A stretch of DNA of 34,718 nt from Nemertoderma westbladi (GCA_032718475.1 JAUCBJ010001569.1:1-34718); one strand, 5' to 3'. Shown: positions 10,557 to 24,475, numbered from the stretch's first letter. Notes: a model not told the origin generated them from the sequence alone. A program made the numbers and translations.

Positions 10557-11562
10557 CAATAAAACTTGGTAATTAACGAAAATCCGCGTTTTACACCCCT
10601 TCCCGGATCCAACAAAACTTGGTAATTAACGAAAATCCGTGTTTTACACTCCATTCCGGATCCAATAAAACTTGGTAATTAACGTAAATCCGTGTTTTAC
10701 CCTCCATTCCGGATCCAATAAAACTTGGTTATTAACGAAAATCCGTGTTTTACACTCCATTCCGGATCCAATAAAACTTAGTAATTAACGAAAATCCGTG
10801 TTTTACACTCCATTCCGGATCCAATAAAACTTGGTAATTAACGAAAATCCGTGTTTTACACTCCATTCCGGATCCAATAAAACTTGGTAATTAGCGTAAA
10901 TCAGTGTTTTACATTCCATTCCGGATCCAATAAAACTTGATAATTAACGAAAATCCGTGTTTTACACCCCATTCCGGATCCAACAAAACTTAGTAATTAA
11001 CGAAAATCCGTGTTTTACACCCCATTCCGGATCCAACAAAACTTGGTAATTAACGAAAATCCGTGTTTTACACTCCATTCCGGATCCAACAAAACTTGGT
11101 AATTAACGAAAATCCGCGTTTTACACTCCATTCCGGATCCAATAAAACTTGGTTATTAACGAAAATCCGTGTTTTACACTCCATTTCGGATCCAATAAAA
11201 CTTGGTAATTAACGAAAATCCGTGTTTTACACTCCATTCCGGATCCAATAAAACTTGGTAATTAACGAAAATCCGTGTTTTACACTCCATTCCGGATCCA
11301 ATAAAACTTGGTAATTAACGAAAATCCGTGTTTTACACTCCATTCCGGATCCAATAAAACTTGGTAATTAACGAAAATCCGTGTTTTACACTCCATTCCG
11401 GATCCAATAAAACTTGGTAATTAACGAAAATCCGTGTTTTACACCCCATTCCGGATCCAACAAAACTTGGTAATTAACGAAAATCCGTGTTTTACACTCC
11501 ATTCCGGATCCAATAAAACTTGGTAATTAACGAAAATCCGTGTTTTACACTCCATTCCGGAT
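10557..11562 (-). repeat. 53-bp tandem array, right arm of the foldback element (~19 copies, inverted)
   Basis: Unit GGATCCAATAAAACTTGGTAATTAACGAAAATCCGTGTTTTACACTCCATTCC; its reverse complement is homologous to the left-arm unit. Confidence 0.95.
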
Positions 11563-12277
11563 TCACAAAATATATGAATCCGCGTTTTACACTGCAATAC
11601 GGATTGCGTATTTCAGAATCCGCATATTACACTCAGTTACGGATTGTATGTAAATCCGGATCCGCCTTTTACACTCGCAAATCCGGGTCCTGATCCGTAT
11701 CCGGATCCTGAATCCGGATCCGGATCCGCGTTTTACACCTACCCAAATTATTATAAATGATAATAATACAGTAACTTATGTTTATAGTTAGAGTTGATCA
11801 ATATGTCATTCCCATTAAACTGTTAGTTGTCCCTAATTAATTACGCCATCCTACTTAAATGACTTCACACCCTCCCCCTACCCATATCAGGCAGTGTTTG
11901 ACGTCTCACAATAATTATAGCGTAAATACTTGTAATAATCAAAGTAAACCCTGTTTTTTAAATCCTTGAACATTTTGGCGTAATGTAAAGAACAATCTGA
12001 GCAACATGGCAGTTTATTCATACAGCGAGATTGTAATATTTACGATTTTTGGGAGATGGTTAAATTAACATTTTATTAAATAATATTAACTTTAATTTAT
12101 ATTGGTTGTTAAAATATGGTAAATGTTTATCGCAATATAACCTACAATTTAGAATAATAATTGACATATTTATAGAATATGGTGGGCTAGTTTCAATAAG
12201 CCACGTTTCCCCCCTCGATATATGTGAGGCACAATCAATAATAATTGAGTATTACGATTACGATGTGTTTTGGCTAT

Positions 12278-15200
12278 AAAACATAGCATATAAAGCATAG
12301 TGAGCCGGGTGTGGGGGTTAAACAAAACATAGCATAGTGAGCCGGGTGTGGGGGTTAAACAAAACATAGCATAGTGAGCCGGGTGTGGGGGTTAAACAAA
12401 ACATAGCATAGTGAGCCGGGTGTGGGGGTTAAACAAAACATAGTGAGCGGGGTGTGGGGGTTAAACAAAACAGCATAGTGAGCCGGGTGTGGGGGTTAAA
12501 CAAAACATAGCCTAGTGAGCCGGGTGTAGGGGTTAAACAAAACATAGCCTAGTGAGCCGGGTGTGGGGGTTAAACAAAACAGCATAGTGAGCCGGGTGTG
12601 GGGGTTAAACAAAACATAGCCTAGTGAGCCGGGTGTGGGGGTTAAACAAAATATAGCATAGTGACTAGTGAGCCGGGTGTGGGGGTTAAACAAAACATAG
12701 CATAGTGAGCCGGGTGTGGGGGTTAAACAAAACAGCATAGTGAGCCGGGTGTGGGGGTTAAACAAAACATATAATAGTGATCCGGGTGTGGGGGTTAAAC
12801 AAAACATAGCCTAGTGAGCCGCGTGTAGGGGTTAAACAAAACATAGCATAGTGAGCCGGGTGTGGGGGTTAAACAAAACATAGCATAGTGAGCCGGGTGT
12901 GGGGGTTAAACAAAACATAGCCTAGTGAGCTGGGTGTGGGGGTTAAACAAAACATAGCACAGTGAGCCGGGTGTGGGGGTTATACAAAACATAGCCTAGT
13001 GAGCCACGTGTGGGGGTTAAACAAAACATAGCATAGTGAGCCGGGTATGGGGGTTAAACAAAACATAGCATAGTGAGCCGGGTGTGGGGGTTAGCCTAGT
13101 GAGCCGGGTGTGGGGGTTAAACAAAACATAGCATAGTGAGCCGGGTGTGGGGGTTAAACAAAACATAGCATAGTGAGCTGGGTGTGGGGGTTAAACAAAA
13201 CATAGCATAGTGAGCCGGGTGTGGGGGTTAAACAAAACATAGCATAGTGAGCCGGGTGTGGGGGTTAAACAAAACATAGCCTAGTGAGCTGGGTGTGGGG
13301 GTTAAACAAAACATAGCATAGTGAGCCGGGTGTGGGGGTTAAACAAAACATAGCATAGTGAGCCGGGTGTGGGGGTTAAACAAAACAGCATAGTGAGCCG
13401 GGTGTGGGGGTTAAACAAAACATAGCATAGTGAGCCGGGTGTGGGGGTTAAACAAAACATAGCCTAGTGAGCCGGGTGTGGGGGTTAAACAAAACATAGC
13501 ATAGTGAGCCGGGTGTGGGGGTTAAACAAAACATATAATAGTGATCCGGGTGTGGGGGTTAAACAAAACATAGCATAGTGAGCCGGGTGTGGGGGTTAAA
13601 CAAAACATAGCATAGTGAGCCGGGTGTGGGGGTTAAACAAAACATAGCATAGTGAGCCGGGTGTGGGGGTTAAACAAAACATAGCCTAGTGAGCCGGGTG
13701 TGGGGGTTAAACAAAACAGCATAGTGAGCCGGGTGTGGGGGTTAAACAAAACATAGCCTAGTGAGCCGGGTGTGGGGGTTAAACAAAATATAGCATAGTG
13801 ACTAGTGAGCCGGGTGTGGGGGTTAAACAAAACATAGCATAGTGAGCCGGGTGTGGGGGTTAAACAAAACAGCATAGTGAGCCGGGTGTGGGGGTTAAAC
13901 AAAACATATAATAGTGATCCGGGTGTGGGGGTTAAACAAAACATAGCCTAGTGAGCCGCGTGTAGGGGTTAAACAAAACATAGCATAGTGAGCCGGGTGT
14001 GGGGGTTAAACAAAACATAGCATAGTGAGCCGGGTGTGGGGGTTAAACAAAACATAGCCTAGTGAGCTGGGTGTGGGGGTTAAACAAAACATAGCACAGT
14101 GAGCCGGGTGTGGGGGTTATACAAAACATAGCCTAGTGAGCCACGTGTGGGGGTTAAACAAAACATAGCATAGTGAGCCGGGTATGGGGGTTAAACAAAA
14201 CATAGCATAGTGAGCCGGGTGTGGGGGTTAGCCTAGTGAGCCGGGTGTGGGGGTTAAACAAAACATAGCATAGTGAGCCGGGTGTGGGGGTTAAACAAAA
14301 CATAGCATAGTGAGCTGGGTGTGGGGGTTAAACAAAACATAGCATAGTGAGCCGGGTGTGGGGGTTAAACAAAACATAGCCTAGTGAGCTGGGTGTGGGG
14401 GTTAAACAAAACATAGCATAGTGAGCCGGGTGTGGGGGTTAAACAAAACATAGCATAGTGAGCCGGGTGTGGGGGTTAAACAAAACAGCATAGTGAGCCG
14501 GGTGTGGGGGTTAAACAAAACATAGCATAGTGAGCCGGGTGTGGGGGTTAAACAAAACATAGCCTAGTGAGCCGGGTGTGGGGGTTAAACAAAACATAGC
14601 ATAGTGAGCCGGGTGTGGGGGTTAAACAAAACATATAATAGTGATCCGGGTGTGGGGGTTAAACAAAACATAGCATAGTGAGCCGGGTGTGGGGGTTAAA
14701 CAAAACATAGCATAGTGAGCCGGGTGTGGGGGTTAAACAAAACATAGCATAGTGAGCCGGGTGTGGGGGTTAAACAAAACATAGCCTAGTGAGCCGGGTG
14801 TGGGGGTTAAACAAAACAGCATAGTGAGCCGGGTGTGGGGGTTAAACAAAACATAGCCTAGTGAGCCGGGTGTGGGGGTTAAACAAAATATAGCATAGTG
14901 ACTAGTGAGCCGGGTGTGGGGGTTAAACAAAACATAGCATAGTGAGCCGGGTGTGGGGGTTAAACAAAACAGCATAGTGAGCCGGGTGTGGGGGTTAAAC
15001 AAAACATATAATAGTGATCCGGGTGTGGGGGTTAAACAAAACATAGCCTAGTGAGCCGCGTGTAGGGGTTAAACAAAACATAGCATAGTGAGCCGGGTGT
15101 GGGGGTTAAACAAAACATAGCATAGTGAGCCGGGTGTGGGGGTTAAACAAAACATAGCCTAGTGAGCTGGGTGTGGGGGTTAAACAAAACATAGCACAGT

Positions 15201-18200
15201 GAGCCGGGTGTGGGGGTTATACAAAACATAGCCTAGTGAGCCACGTGTGGGGGTTAAACAAAACATAGCATAGTGAGCCGGGTATGGGGGTTAAACAAAA
15301 CATAGCATAGTGAGCCGGGTGTGGGGGTTAGCCTAGTGAGCCGGGTGTGGGGGTTAAACAAAACATAGCATAGTGAGCCGGGTGTGGGGGTTAAACAAAA
15401 CATAGCATAGTGAGCTGGGTGTGGGGGTTAAACAAAACATAGCATAGTGAGCCGGGTGTGGGGGTTAAACAAAACATAGCATAGTGAGCCGGGTGTGGGG
15501 GTTAAACAAAACATAGCCTAGTGAGCTGGGTGTGGGGGTTAAACAAAACATAGCATAGTGAGCCGGGTGTGGGGGTTAAACAAAACATAGCATAGTGAGC
15601 CGGGTGTGGGGGTTAAACAAAACAGCATAGTGAGCCGGGTGTGGGGGTTAAACAAAACATAGCATAGTGAGCCGGGTGTGGGGGTTAAACAAAACATAGC
15701 CTAGTGAGCCGGGTGTGGGGGTTAAACAAAACATAGCATAGTGAGCCGGGTGTGGGGGTTAAACAAAACATATAATAGTGATCCGGGTGTGGGGGTTAAA
15801 CAAAACATAGCATAGTGAGCCGGGTGTGGGGGTTAAACAAAACATAGCATAGTGAGCCGGGTGTGGGGGTTAAACAAAACATAGCATAGTGAGCCGGGTG
15901 TGGGGGTTAAACAAAACATAGCCTAGTGAGCCGGGTGTGGGGGTTAAACAAAACATAGCATAGTGAGCCGGGTGTGGGGGTTAAACAAAACATATAATAG
16001 TGATCCGGGTGTGGGGGTTAAACAAAACATAGCATAGTGAGCCGGGTGTGGGGGTTAAACAAAACATAGCCTAGTGAGCCGGGTTTGGGGGTTAAACAAA
16101 ACATAGCACAGTGAGCCGGGTGTGGGGGTTAAACAAAACATAGCATAGTGAGCCGGGTGTGGGGGTTAAACAAAACATATAATAGTGATCCGGGTGTGGG
16201 GGTTAAACAAAACATAGCCTAGTGAGCCGGGTGTGGGGGTTAAACAAAACATAGCATAGTGAGCCGGGTGTGGGGGTTAAACAAAACATATAATAGTGAT
16301 CCGGGTGTGGGGGTTAAACAAAACATAGCCTAGTGAGCCGGGTGTGGGGGTTAAACAAAACATATAATAGTGATCCGGGTGTGGGGGTTAAACAAAACAT
16401 AGCATAGTGAGCCGGGTGTGGGGGTTAAACAAAACATAGCACAGTGAGCCGGGTGTGGGGGTTAAACAAAACATAGCATAGTGAGCCGGGTGTGGGGGTT
16501 AAACAAAACATAGCACAGTGAGCCATGTGTGGGGGTTAAACAAAACATAGCATAGTGAGCCGGGTGTGGGGGTTAAACAAAACATATAATAGTGATCCGG
16601 GTGTGGGGGTTAAACAAAACATAGCCTAGTGAGCCGGGTGTGTGGGTTAAACAAAACATATAATAGTGATCCGGGTGTGGGGGTTAAACAAAACATAGCC
16701 TAGTGAGCCGGGTGTGGGGGTTAAACAAAACATAGCATAGTGAGCCGGGTGTGGGGGTTAAACAAAACAGCATAGTGAGCCGGGTGTGGGGGTTAAACAA
16801 AACAGCATAGTGAGCCGGGTGTGGGGGTTAATCAAAACAGCATAGTGAGCCGGGTGTGGGGGTTAAACAAAACATAGCCTCGTGAGCTGGGTGTGGGGGT
16901 TAAACAAAACAGCATAGTGAGCCGGGTGTGGGGGTTAAACAAAACATAGCATAGTGAGCCGGGTGTTGGGGTTAAACAAAACATAGCCTCGTGAGCTGGG
17001 TGTGGGGGGTTAAACAAAACAGCATAGTGAGCCGGGTGTGGGGGTTAAACAAAACATAGCATAGTGAGCCGGGTGTTGGGGTTAATCAAAACATAGCATA
17101 GTGAGCCGGGTGTGGGGGTTAAACAAAACATAGCCTCGTGAGCTGGGTGTGGGGGTTAAACAAAACAGCATAGTAAGCCGGGTGTGGGGGTTAAACAAAA
17201 CATAGCATATTGAGCCGGGTGTTGGGGTTAAACAAAACATAGCATAGTGAGCCGGGTGTGGGGGTTAAACAAAACATAGTATAGTGAGCCGGGTGTGGGG
17301 GTTAAACAAAACATATAATAGTGAGCCGGGTGTGGGGGTTAAACAAAACATAGCATAGTGAGCCGGGTGTGGGGGTTAAACAAAACATAGCATAGTGAGC
17401 CGGGTGTGGGGGTTAAACAAAACAGCATAGTGAGCCGGGTGTGGGGGTTAAACAAAACATAGCATAGTGAGCCGGGTGTGGGGGTTAAACAAAACAGCAT
17501 AGTGAGCCGGGTGTGGGGGTTAAACAAAACATAGCATAGTGAGCCGGGTGTGGGGGTTAAACAAAACATAGCCTAGTGAGCCGGGTTTGGGGGTTAAACA
17601 AAACATAGCACAGTGAGCCGGGTGTGGGGGTTAAACAAAACATAGCATAGTGAGCCGGGTGTGGGGGTTAAACAAAACATATAATAGTGATCCGGGTGTG
17701 GGGGTTAAACAAAACATAGCCTAGTGAGCCGGGTGTGGGGGTTAAACAAAACATAGCATAGTGAGCCGGGTGTGGGGGTTAAACAAAACATATAATAGTG
17801 ATCCGGGTGTGGGGGTTAAACAAAACATAGCCTAGTGAGCCGGGTGTGGGGGTTAAACAAAACATATAATAGTGATCCGGGTGTGGGGGTTAAACAAAAC
17901 ATAGCATAGTGAGCCGGGTGTGGGGGTTAAACAAAACATAGCACAGTGAGCCGGGTGTGGGGGTTAAACAAAACATAGCATAGTGAGCCGGGTGTGGGGG
18001 TTAAACAAAACATAGCACAGTGAGCCATGTGTGGGGGTTAAACAAAACATAGCATAGTGAGCCGGGTGTGGGGGTTAAACAAAACATATAATAGTGATCC
18101 GGGTGTGGGGGTTAAACAAAACATAGCCTAGTGAGCCGGGTGTGTGGGTTAAACAAAACATATAATAGTGATCCGGGTGTGGGGGTTAAACAAAACATAG

Positions 18201-21200
18201 CCTAGTGAGCCGGGTGTGGGGGTTAAACAAAACATAGCATAGTGAGCCGGGTGTGGGGGTTAAACAAAACAGCATAGTGAGCCGGGTGTGGGGGTTAAAC
18301 AAAACAGCATAGTGAGCCGGGTGTGGGGGTTAATCAAAACAGCATAGTGAGCCGGGTGTGGGGGTTAAACAAAACATAGCCTCGTGAGCTGGGTGTGGGG
18401 GTTAAACAAAACAGCATAGTGAGCCGGGTGTGGGGGTTAAACAAAACATAGCATAGTGAGCCGGGTGTTGGGGTTAAACAAAACATAGCCTCGTGAGCTG
18501 GGTGTGGGGGGTTAAACAAAACAGCATAGTGAGCCGGGTGTGGGGGTTAAACAAAACATAGCATAGTGAGCCGGGTGTTGGGGTTAATCAAAACATAGCA
18601 TAGTGAGCCGGGTGTGGGGGTTAAACAAAACATAGCCTCGTGAGCTGGGTGTGGGGGTTAAACAAAACAGCATAGTAAGCCGGGTGTGGGGGTTAAACAA
18701 AACATAGCATATTGAGCCGGGTGTTGGGGTTAAACAAAACATAGCATAGTGAGCCGGGTGTGGGGGTTAAACAAAACATAGTATAGTGAGCCGGGTGTGG
18801 GGGTTAAACAAAACATATAATAGTGAGCCGGGTGTGGGGGTTAAACAAAACATAGCATAGTGAGCCGGGTGTGGGGGTTAAACAAAACATAGCATAGTGA
18901 GCCGGGTGTGGGGTTAAACAAAACAGCATAGTGAGCCGGGTGTGGGGGTTAAACAAAACATAGCATAGTGAGCCGGGTGTGGGGGTTAAACAAAACAGCA
19001 TAGTGAGCCGGGTGTGGGGGTTAAACAAAACATAGCATAGTGAGCCGGGTGTGGGGGTTAAACAAAACATATAATAGTGATCCGGGTGTGGGGGTTAAAC
19101 AAAACATAGCATAGTAGGCCGGGTGTGGGGGTTAAACAAAACATAGCATAGTGAGCCGGGTGTGGGGGTTAAACAAAACATAGCATAGTGAGCCGGGTGT
19201 GGGGGTTAAACAAAACAGCATAGTGAGCCGGGTGTGGGGGTTAAACAAAACAGCATAGTGAGCCGGGTGTGGGGGTTAAACAAAACAGCATAGTGAGCCG
19301 GGTGTGGGGGTTAAACAAAACATAGCATAGTGAGCCGGGTGTGGGGGTTAAACAAAACATAGCCTAGTGAGCCGGGTGTGGGGGTTAAACAAAACAGCAT
19401 AGTGAGCCGGGTGTGGGGGTTAAACAAAACATAGCCTAGTGAGCCGAGTGTGAGGGTTAAACAAAACATAGCCTAGTGAGCCGCGTGTGGGGGTTAAACA
19501 AAACGTAGCATAGTGAGCCGGGTGTGGGGGTTAAACAAAACATAGCATAGTGAGCCGGGTGTGGGGGTTAAACAAAACAGCAGAGTGAGCCGGGTGTGGG
19601 GGTTAAACAAAACATAGCATAGTGAGCCGGGTGTGGGGGTTAAACAAAATATAGCACATTGAGCCGGGTGTGGGGGTTAAACAAAACATAGCCTAGTGAG
19701 CCGCGTGTGGGGGTTAAATAAAACATAGAATGGTGAGCCGTGTGTGGGGGTTAAACAAAACAGCATATTGAGCCGGGTGTGGGGGTTAAACAAAACATAG
19801 CCTAGTGAGCCGCGTGTGGGGGTTAAACAAAACATAGCACAGTGAGCCGGGTGTGGGGGTTAAACAAAACATAGCCTAGTGAGCGGGGTGTGGGGGTTAA
19901 ACAAAACATAGCCTAGTGAGCCGGGTGTGGGGGTTAAACAAAACAGCATAGTGAGCCGAGTGTGGGGGTTAAACAAAACATAGCCTAGTGAGCCGCGTGT
20001 GGGGGTTAAACAAAACATAGCACAGTGAGCCGGGTGTGGGGGTTAAACAAAACATAGCCTAGTGAGCCGGGTGTGGGGGTTAAACAAAACATAGCCTAGT
20101 GAGCTGGGTGTGGGGGTTAAACAAAACATAGTATAGTGAGCCGGGTGTTGGGGTTAAACAAAACAGCATATTGAGCCGGGTAGGGGGTTAAACAAATTCA
20201 GCATATTGAGCCGGGTGTGGGGGTTAAACAAAACAGCATAGTGAGCCGGGTGTGGGGGTTAAACAAAACAGCATATTGAGCCGGGTGTGGGGGTTAAACA
20301 AAACAGCATATTGAGACGGGTGTGGGGTTAAACAAAACATAGCCTAGTGAGCTGGCTGTGGGGGTTAAACAAAACATAGCATAGTGAGCCGCGTGTGGGG
20401 GTTAAACAAAACATAGCCTAGTGAGCTGGGTGTGGGGGTTAAACAAAACATAGCATATTGAGCCGGGTGTGGGGGTTAAACAAAGCAGCATATTGAGCCG
20501 GGTGTGGGGGTTAAACAAAACAGCATATTGAGCCGGGTGTGGGGGTTAAACAAAACATAGCCTAGTGAGCTGGGTGTGGGGGTTAAACAAAACATAGCCT
20601 AGTGAGCCGGGTGTGGGGGTTAAACAAAACATAGCCTAGTGAGCTGGGTGTGGGGGTTAAACAAAACATAGCACAGTGAGCCGGGTGTGGGGGTTAAACA
20701 AAACATAGCATAGTGAGCCGCGTGTGGGGGTTAAACAAAACATAGCCTAGTGAGCTGGGTGTGGGGGTTAAACAAAACATAGCACAGTGAGCCGGGTGTG
20801 GGGGTTAAACAAAACATAGCACAGTGAGCCGGGTGTGGGGGTTAAACAAAACATACCCTAGTGAGCCGGGTGTGGGGGTTAAACAAAACATAGCATAGTG
20901 AGCCGCGTGTGGGGGTTAAACAAAACATAGCCTAGTGAGCTGGGTGTGGGGGTTAAACAAAACATAGCACAGTGAGCTGGGTGTGGGGGTTAAACAAAAC
21001 AGCATAGTAAGCCGGGTGTGGGGGTTAAACAAAACATAGCATATTGAGCCGGGTGTTGGGGTTAAACAAAACAGCATAGTAAGCCGGGTGTGGGGGTTAA
21101 ACAAAACATAGCATAGTGAGCCGGGTGTGGGGGTTAAACAAAACATAGCATAGTGAGCCGGGTGTGGGGGTTAAACAAAACAGCATAGTGAGCCGGGTGT

Positions 21201-24200
21201 GGGGGTTAAACAAAACATAGCATAGTGAGCCGGGTGTGGGGGTTAAACAAAACAGCATAGTGAGCCGGGTGTGGGGGTTAAACAAAACATAGCATAGTGA
21301 GCCGGGTGTGGGGGTTAAACAAAACATAGCATAGTGAGCCGGGTGTGGGGGTTAAACAAAACATAGCATAGTGAGCCGGGTGTGGGGGTTAAACAAAACA
21401 TAGCATAGTAGGCCGGGTGTGGGGGTTAAACAAAACATAGCATAGTGAGCCGGGTGTGGGGGTTAAACAAAACATAGCATAGTGAGCCGGGTGTGGGGGT
21501 TAAACAAAACAGCATAGTGAGCCGGGTGTGGGGGTTAAACAAAACATAGCATAGTGAGCCGGGTGTGGGGGTTAAACAAAACATAGCCTAGTGAGCCGGG
21601 TGTGGGGGTTAAACAAAACAGCATAGTGAGCCGGGTGTGGGGGTTAAACAAAACATAGCCTAGTGAGCCGAGTGTGAGGGTTAAACAAAACATAGCATAG
21701 TGAGCCGGGTGTGGGGGTTAAACAAAACATAGCCTAGTGAGCCGAGTGTGAGGGTTAAACAAAACATAGCCTAGTGAGCCGGGTGTGGGGGTTAAACAAA
21801 ACAGCAGAGTGAGCCGGGTGTGGGGGTTAAACAAAACATAGCATAGTGAGCCGGGTGTGGGGGTTAAACAAAACAGCAGAGTGAGCCGGGTGTGGGGGTT
21901 AAACAAAACATAGCCTAGTGAGCCGCGTGTGGGGGTTAAATAAAACATAGAATGGTGAGCCGGGTGTGGGGGTTAAACAAAACATAGCCTAGTGAGCCGC
22001 GTGTGGGGGTTAAATAAAACATAGAATGGTGAGCCGCGTGTTGGGGTTAAACAAAACATAGCACAGTGAGCCGGGTGTGGGGGTTAAACAAAACATAGCC
22101 TAGTGAGCGGGGTGTGGGGGTTAAACAAAACATAGCCTAGTGAGCCGGGTGTGGGGGTTAAACAAAACAGCATAGTGAGCCGAGTGTGGGGGTTAAACAA
22201 AACATAGCCTAGTGAGCCGCGTGTGGGGGTTAAACAAAACATAGCACAGTGAGCCGGGTGTGGGGGTTAAACAAAACATAGCCTAGTGAGCCGGGTGTGG
22301 GGGTTAAACAAAACATAGCCTAGTGAGCTGGGTGTGGGGGTTAAACAAAACATAGTATAGTGAGCCGGGTGTTGGGGTTAAACAAAACAGCATATTGAGC
22401 CGGGTAGGGGGTTAAACAAATTCAGCATATTGAGCCGGGTGTGGGGGTTAAACAAAACAGCATAGTGAGCCGGGTGTGGGGGTTAAACAAAACAGCATAT
22501 TGAGCCGGGTGTGGGGGTTAAACAAAACAGCATATTGAGACGGGTGTGGGGTTAAACAAAACATAGCCTAGTGAGCTGGCTGTGGGGGTTAAACAAAACA
22601 TAGCATAGTGAGCCGCGTGTGGGGGTTAAACAAAACATAGCCTAGTGAGCTGGGTGTGGGGGTTAAACAAAACATAGCATATTGAGCCGGGTGTGGGGGT
22701 TAAACAAAGCAGCATATTGAGCCGGGTGTGGGGGTTAAACAAAACAGCATATTGAGCCGGGTGTGGGGGTTAAACAAAACATAGCCTAGTGAGCTGGGTG
22801 TGGGGGTTAAACAAAACATAGCCTAGTGAGCCGGGTGTGGGGGTTAAACAAAACATAGCACAGTGAGCCGGGTGTGGGGGTTAAACAAAACATAGCACAG
22901 TGAGCCGGGTGTGGGGGTTAAACAAAACATAGCATAGTGAGCCGCGTGTGGGGGTTAAACAAAACATAGCCTAGTGAGCTGGGTGTGGGGGTTAAACAAA
23001 ACATAGCACAGTGAGCCGGGTGTGGGGGTTAAACAAAACATAGCACAGTGAGCCGGGTGTGGGGGTTAAACAAAACATACCCTAGTGAGCCGGGTGTGGG
23101 GGTTAAACAAAACATAGCATAGTGAGCCGCGTGTGGGGGTTAAACAAAACATAGCCTAGTGAGCTGGGTGTGGGGGTTAAACAAAACATAGCACAGTGAG
23201 CCGGGTGTGGGGGTTAAACAAAACATACCCTAGTGAGCCGGGTGTGGGGGTTAAACAAAACATAGCCTAGTGAGCCGGGTGTGGGGGTTAAACAAAACAT
23301 AGCCTAGTGAGCCGGGTGTGGGGGTTAAACAAAACATAGCCTAGTGAGCCGGGTGTGGGGGTTAAACAAAACATAGCATAGTGAGCCGGGTGTGGGGGTT
23401 AAACAAAACATAGCATAGTGAGCCGGGTGTGGGGGTTAAACAAAACATAGCATAGTGAGCCGGGTGTGGGGGTTAAACAAAACATAGCCTAGTGAGCTGC
23501 GTGTGGGGGTTAAACAAAACATAGCCCAGTGAGCCGGGTGTGGGGGTTAAACAAAACAACATAGTGAGCCGGGTGTGGGGGTTAAACAAAACATAGCCCA
23601 GTGAGCCGCGTGTGGGGGTTAAACAAAACATAGCCTAGTGAGCCGCGTGTAGGGGTTAAACAAAACAGCATAGTGAGCCGGGTGTGGGGGTTAAACAAAA
23701 CAGCATAGTGAGCCGGGTGTGGGGGTTAAACAAAACATAGCCTAGTGAGCCGGGTGTGGGGGTTAAACAAAACATAGCCCAGTGAGCCGCGTGTGGGGGT
23801 TAAACAAAACATAGCCTAGTGAGCCGCGTGTAGGGGTTAAACAAAACAGCATAGTGAGCCGGGTGTGGGGGTTAAACAAAACAGCATAGTGAGCCGGGTG
23901 TGGGGGTTAAACAAAACAGCATAGTGAGCCGGGTGTGGGGGTTAAACAAAACATAGCCTAGTGAGCCGGGTGTGAGGGTTAAACAAAACATAGCCTAGTG
24001 AGCCGGGTGTGGGGGTTAAACAAAACATAGCCTAGTGAGCCGGGTGTGGGGGTTAAACTAAACATATAATAGTGATCCGGGTGTGGGGGTTAAACAAAAC
24101 AGCATAGTGAGCCGGGTGTGGGGGTTAAACAAAACATAGCCTAGTGAGCCGGGTGTGGGGGTTAAACAAAACATAGCCTAGTGAGCCGCGTGTGGGGGTT

Positions 24201-24458
24201 AAACAAAACATAGCCTAGTGAACCGGGTGTGGGGGTTAAACAAAACATAGCCTAGTGAGCCGCGTGTGGGGGTTAAACAAAACAGCATAGTGAGCCGGGT
24301 GTGGGGGTTAAACAAAACATAGCCTAGTGAGCCGGGTGTGGGGGTTAAACAAAACATAGCCTAGTGAGCCGGGTGTGGGGGTTAAACAAAACATAGCATA
24401 GTGAGCCGGGTGTGGGGGTTAAACAAAACATAGCATAGTGAGCCGGGTGTGGGGGTTA
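12278..24458. repeat. 37-bp intronic satellite, ~12.2 kb, ~330 copies, with 35-bp variants and higher-order repeats
   Basis: Unit AAACAAAACATAGCATAGTGAGCCGGGTGTGGGGGTT; head-to-tail with no spacers. Confidence 0.98.
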
Positions 24459-24475
24459 GCAGATTAAACACTTAC

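Larger units (their letters stand above)
8418..11744. mobile_element. Foldback/Mutator-like (MULE) non-autonomous element with modular long TIRs
   Basis: Termini GGGTCAGAGTAAAACGCGGATCCGGATC and GATCCGGATCCGCGTTTTACACCTACCC; perfect 9-bp TSD AAATTATTA at 8409-8417 and 11745-11753; arms made of inverted 53-bp tandem arrays. Confidence 0.9.

Noticed and set aside
12170-21948. Repeated MFCLTPTPGSL... ORFs
   Set aside because: Translations of the 37/35-bp satellite inside an intron, with shifting frames and no gene structure.
8727-24458. CRISPR-like appearance of the regular repeats
   Set aside because: Head-to-tail units with no unique spacers, no cas genes, and a spliceosomal-intron context.
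12278-24458. Telomeric array (GGGGGTTA resembles GGGTTA)
   Set aside because: The motif occurs once per 37-bp unit and the array is interstitial between in-phase exons.
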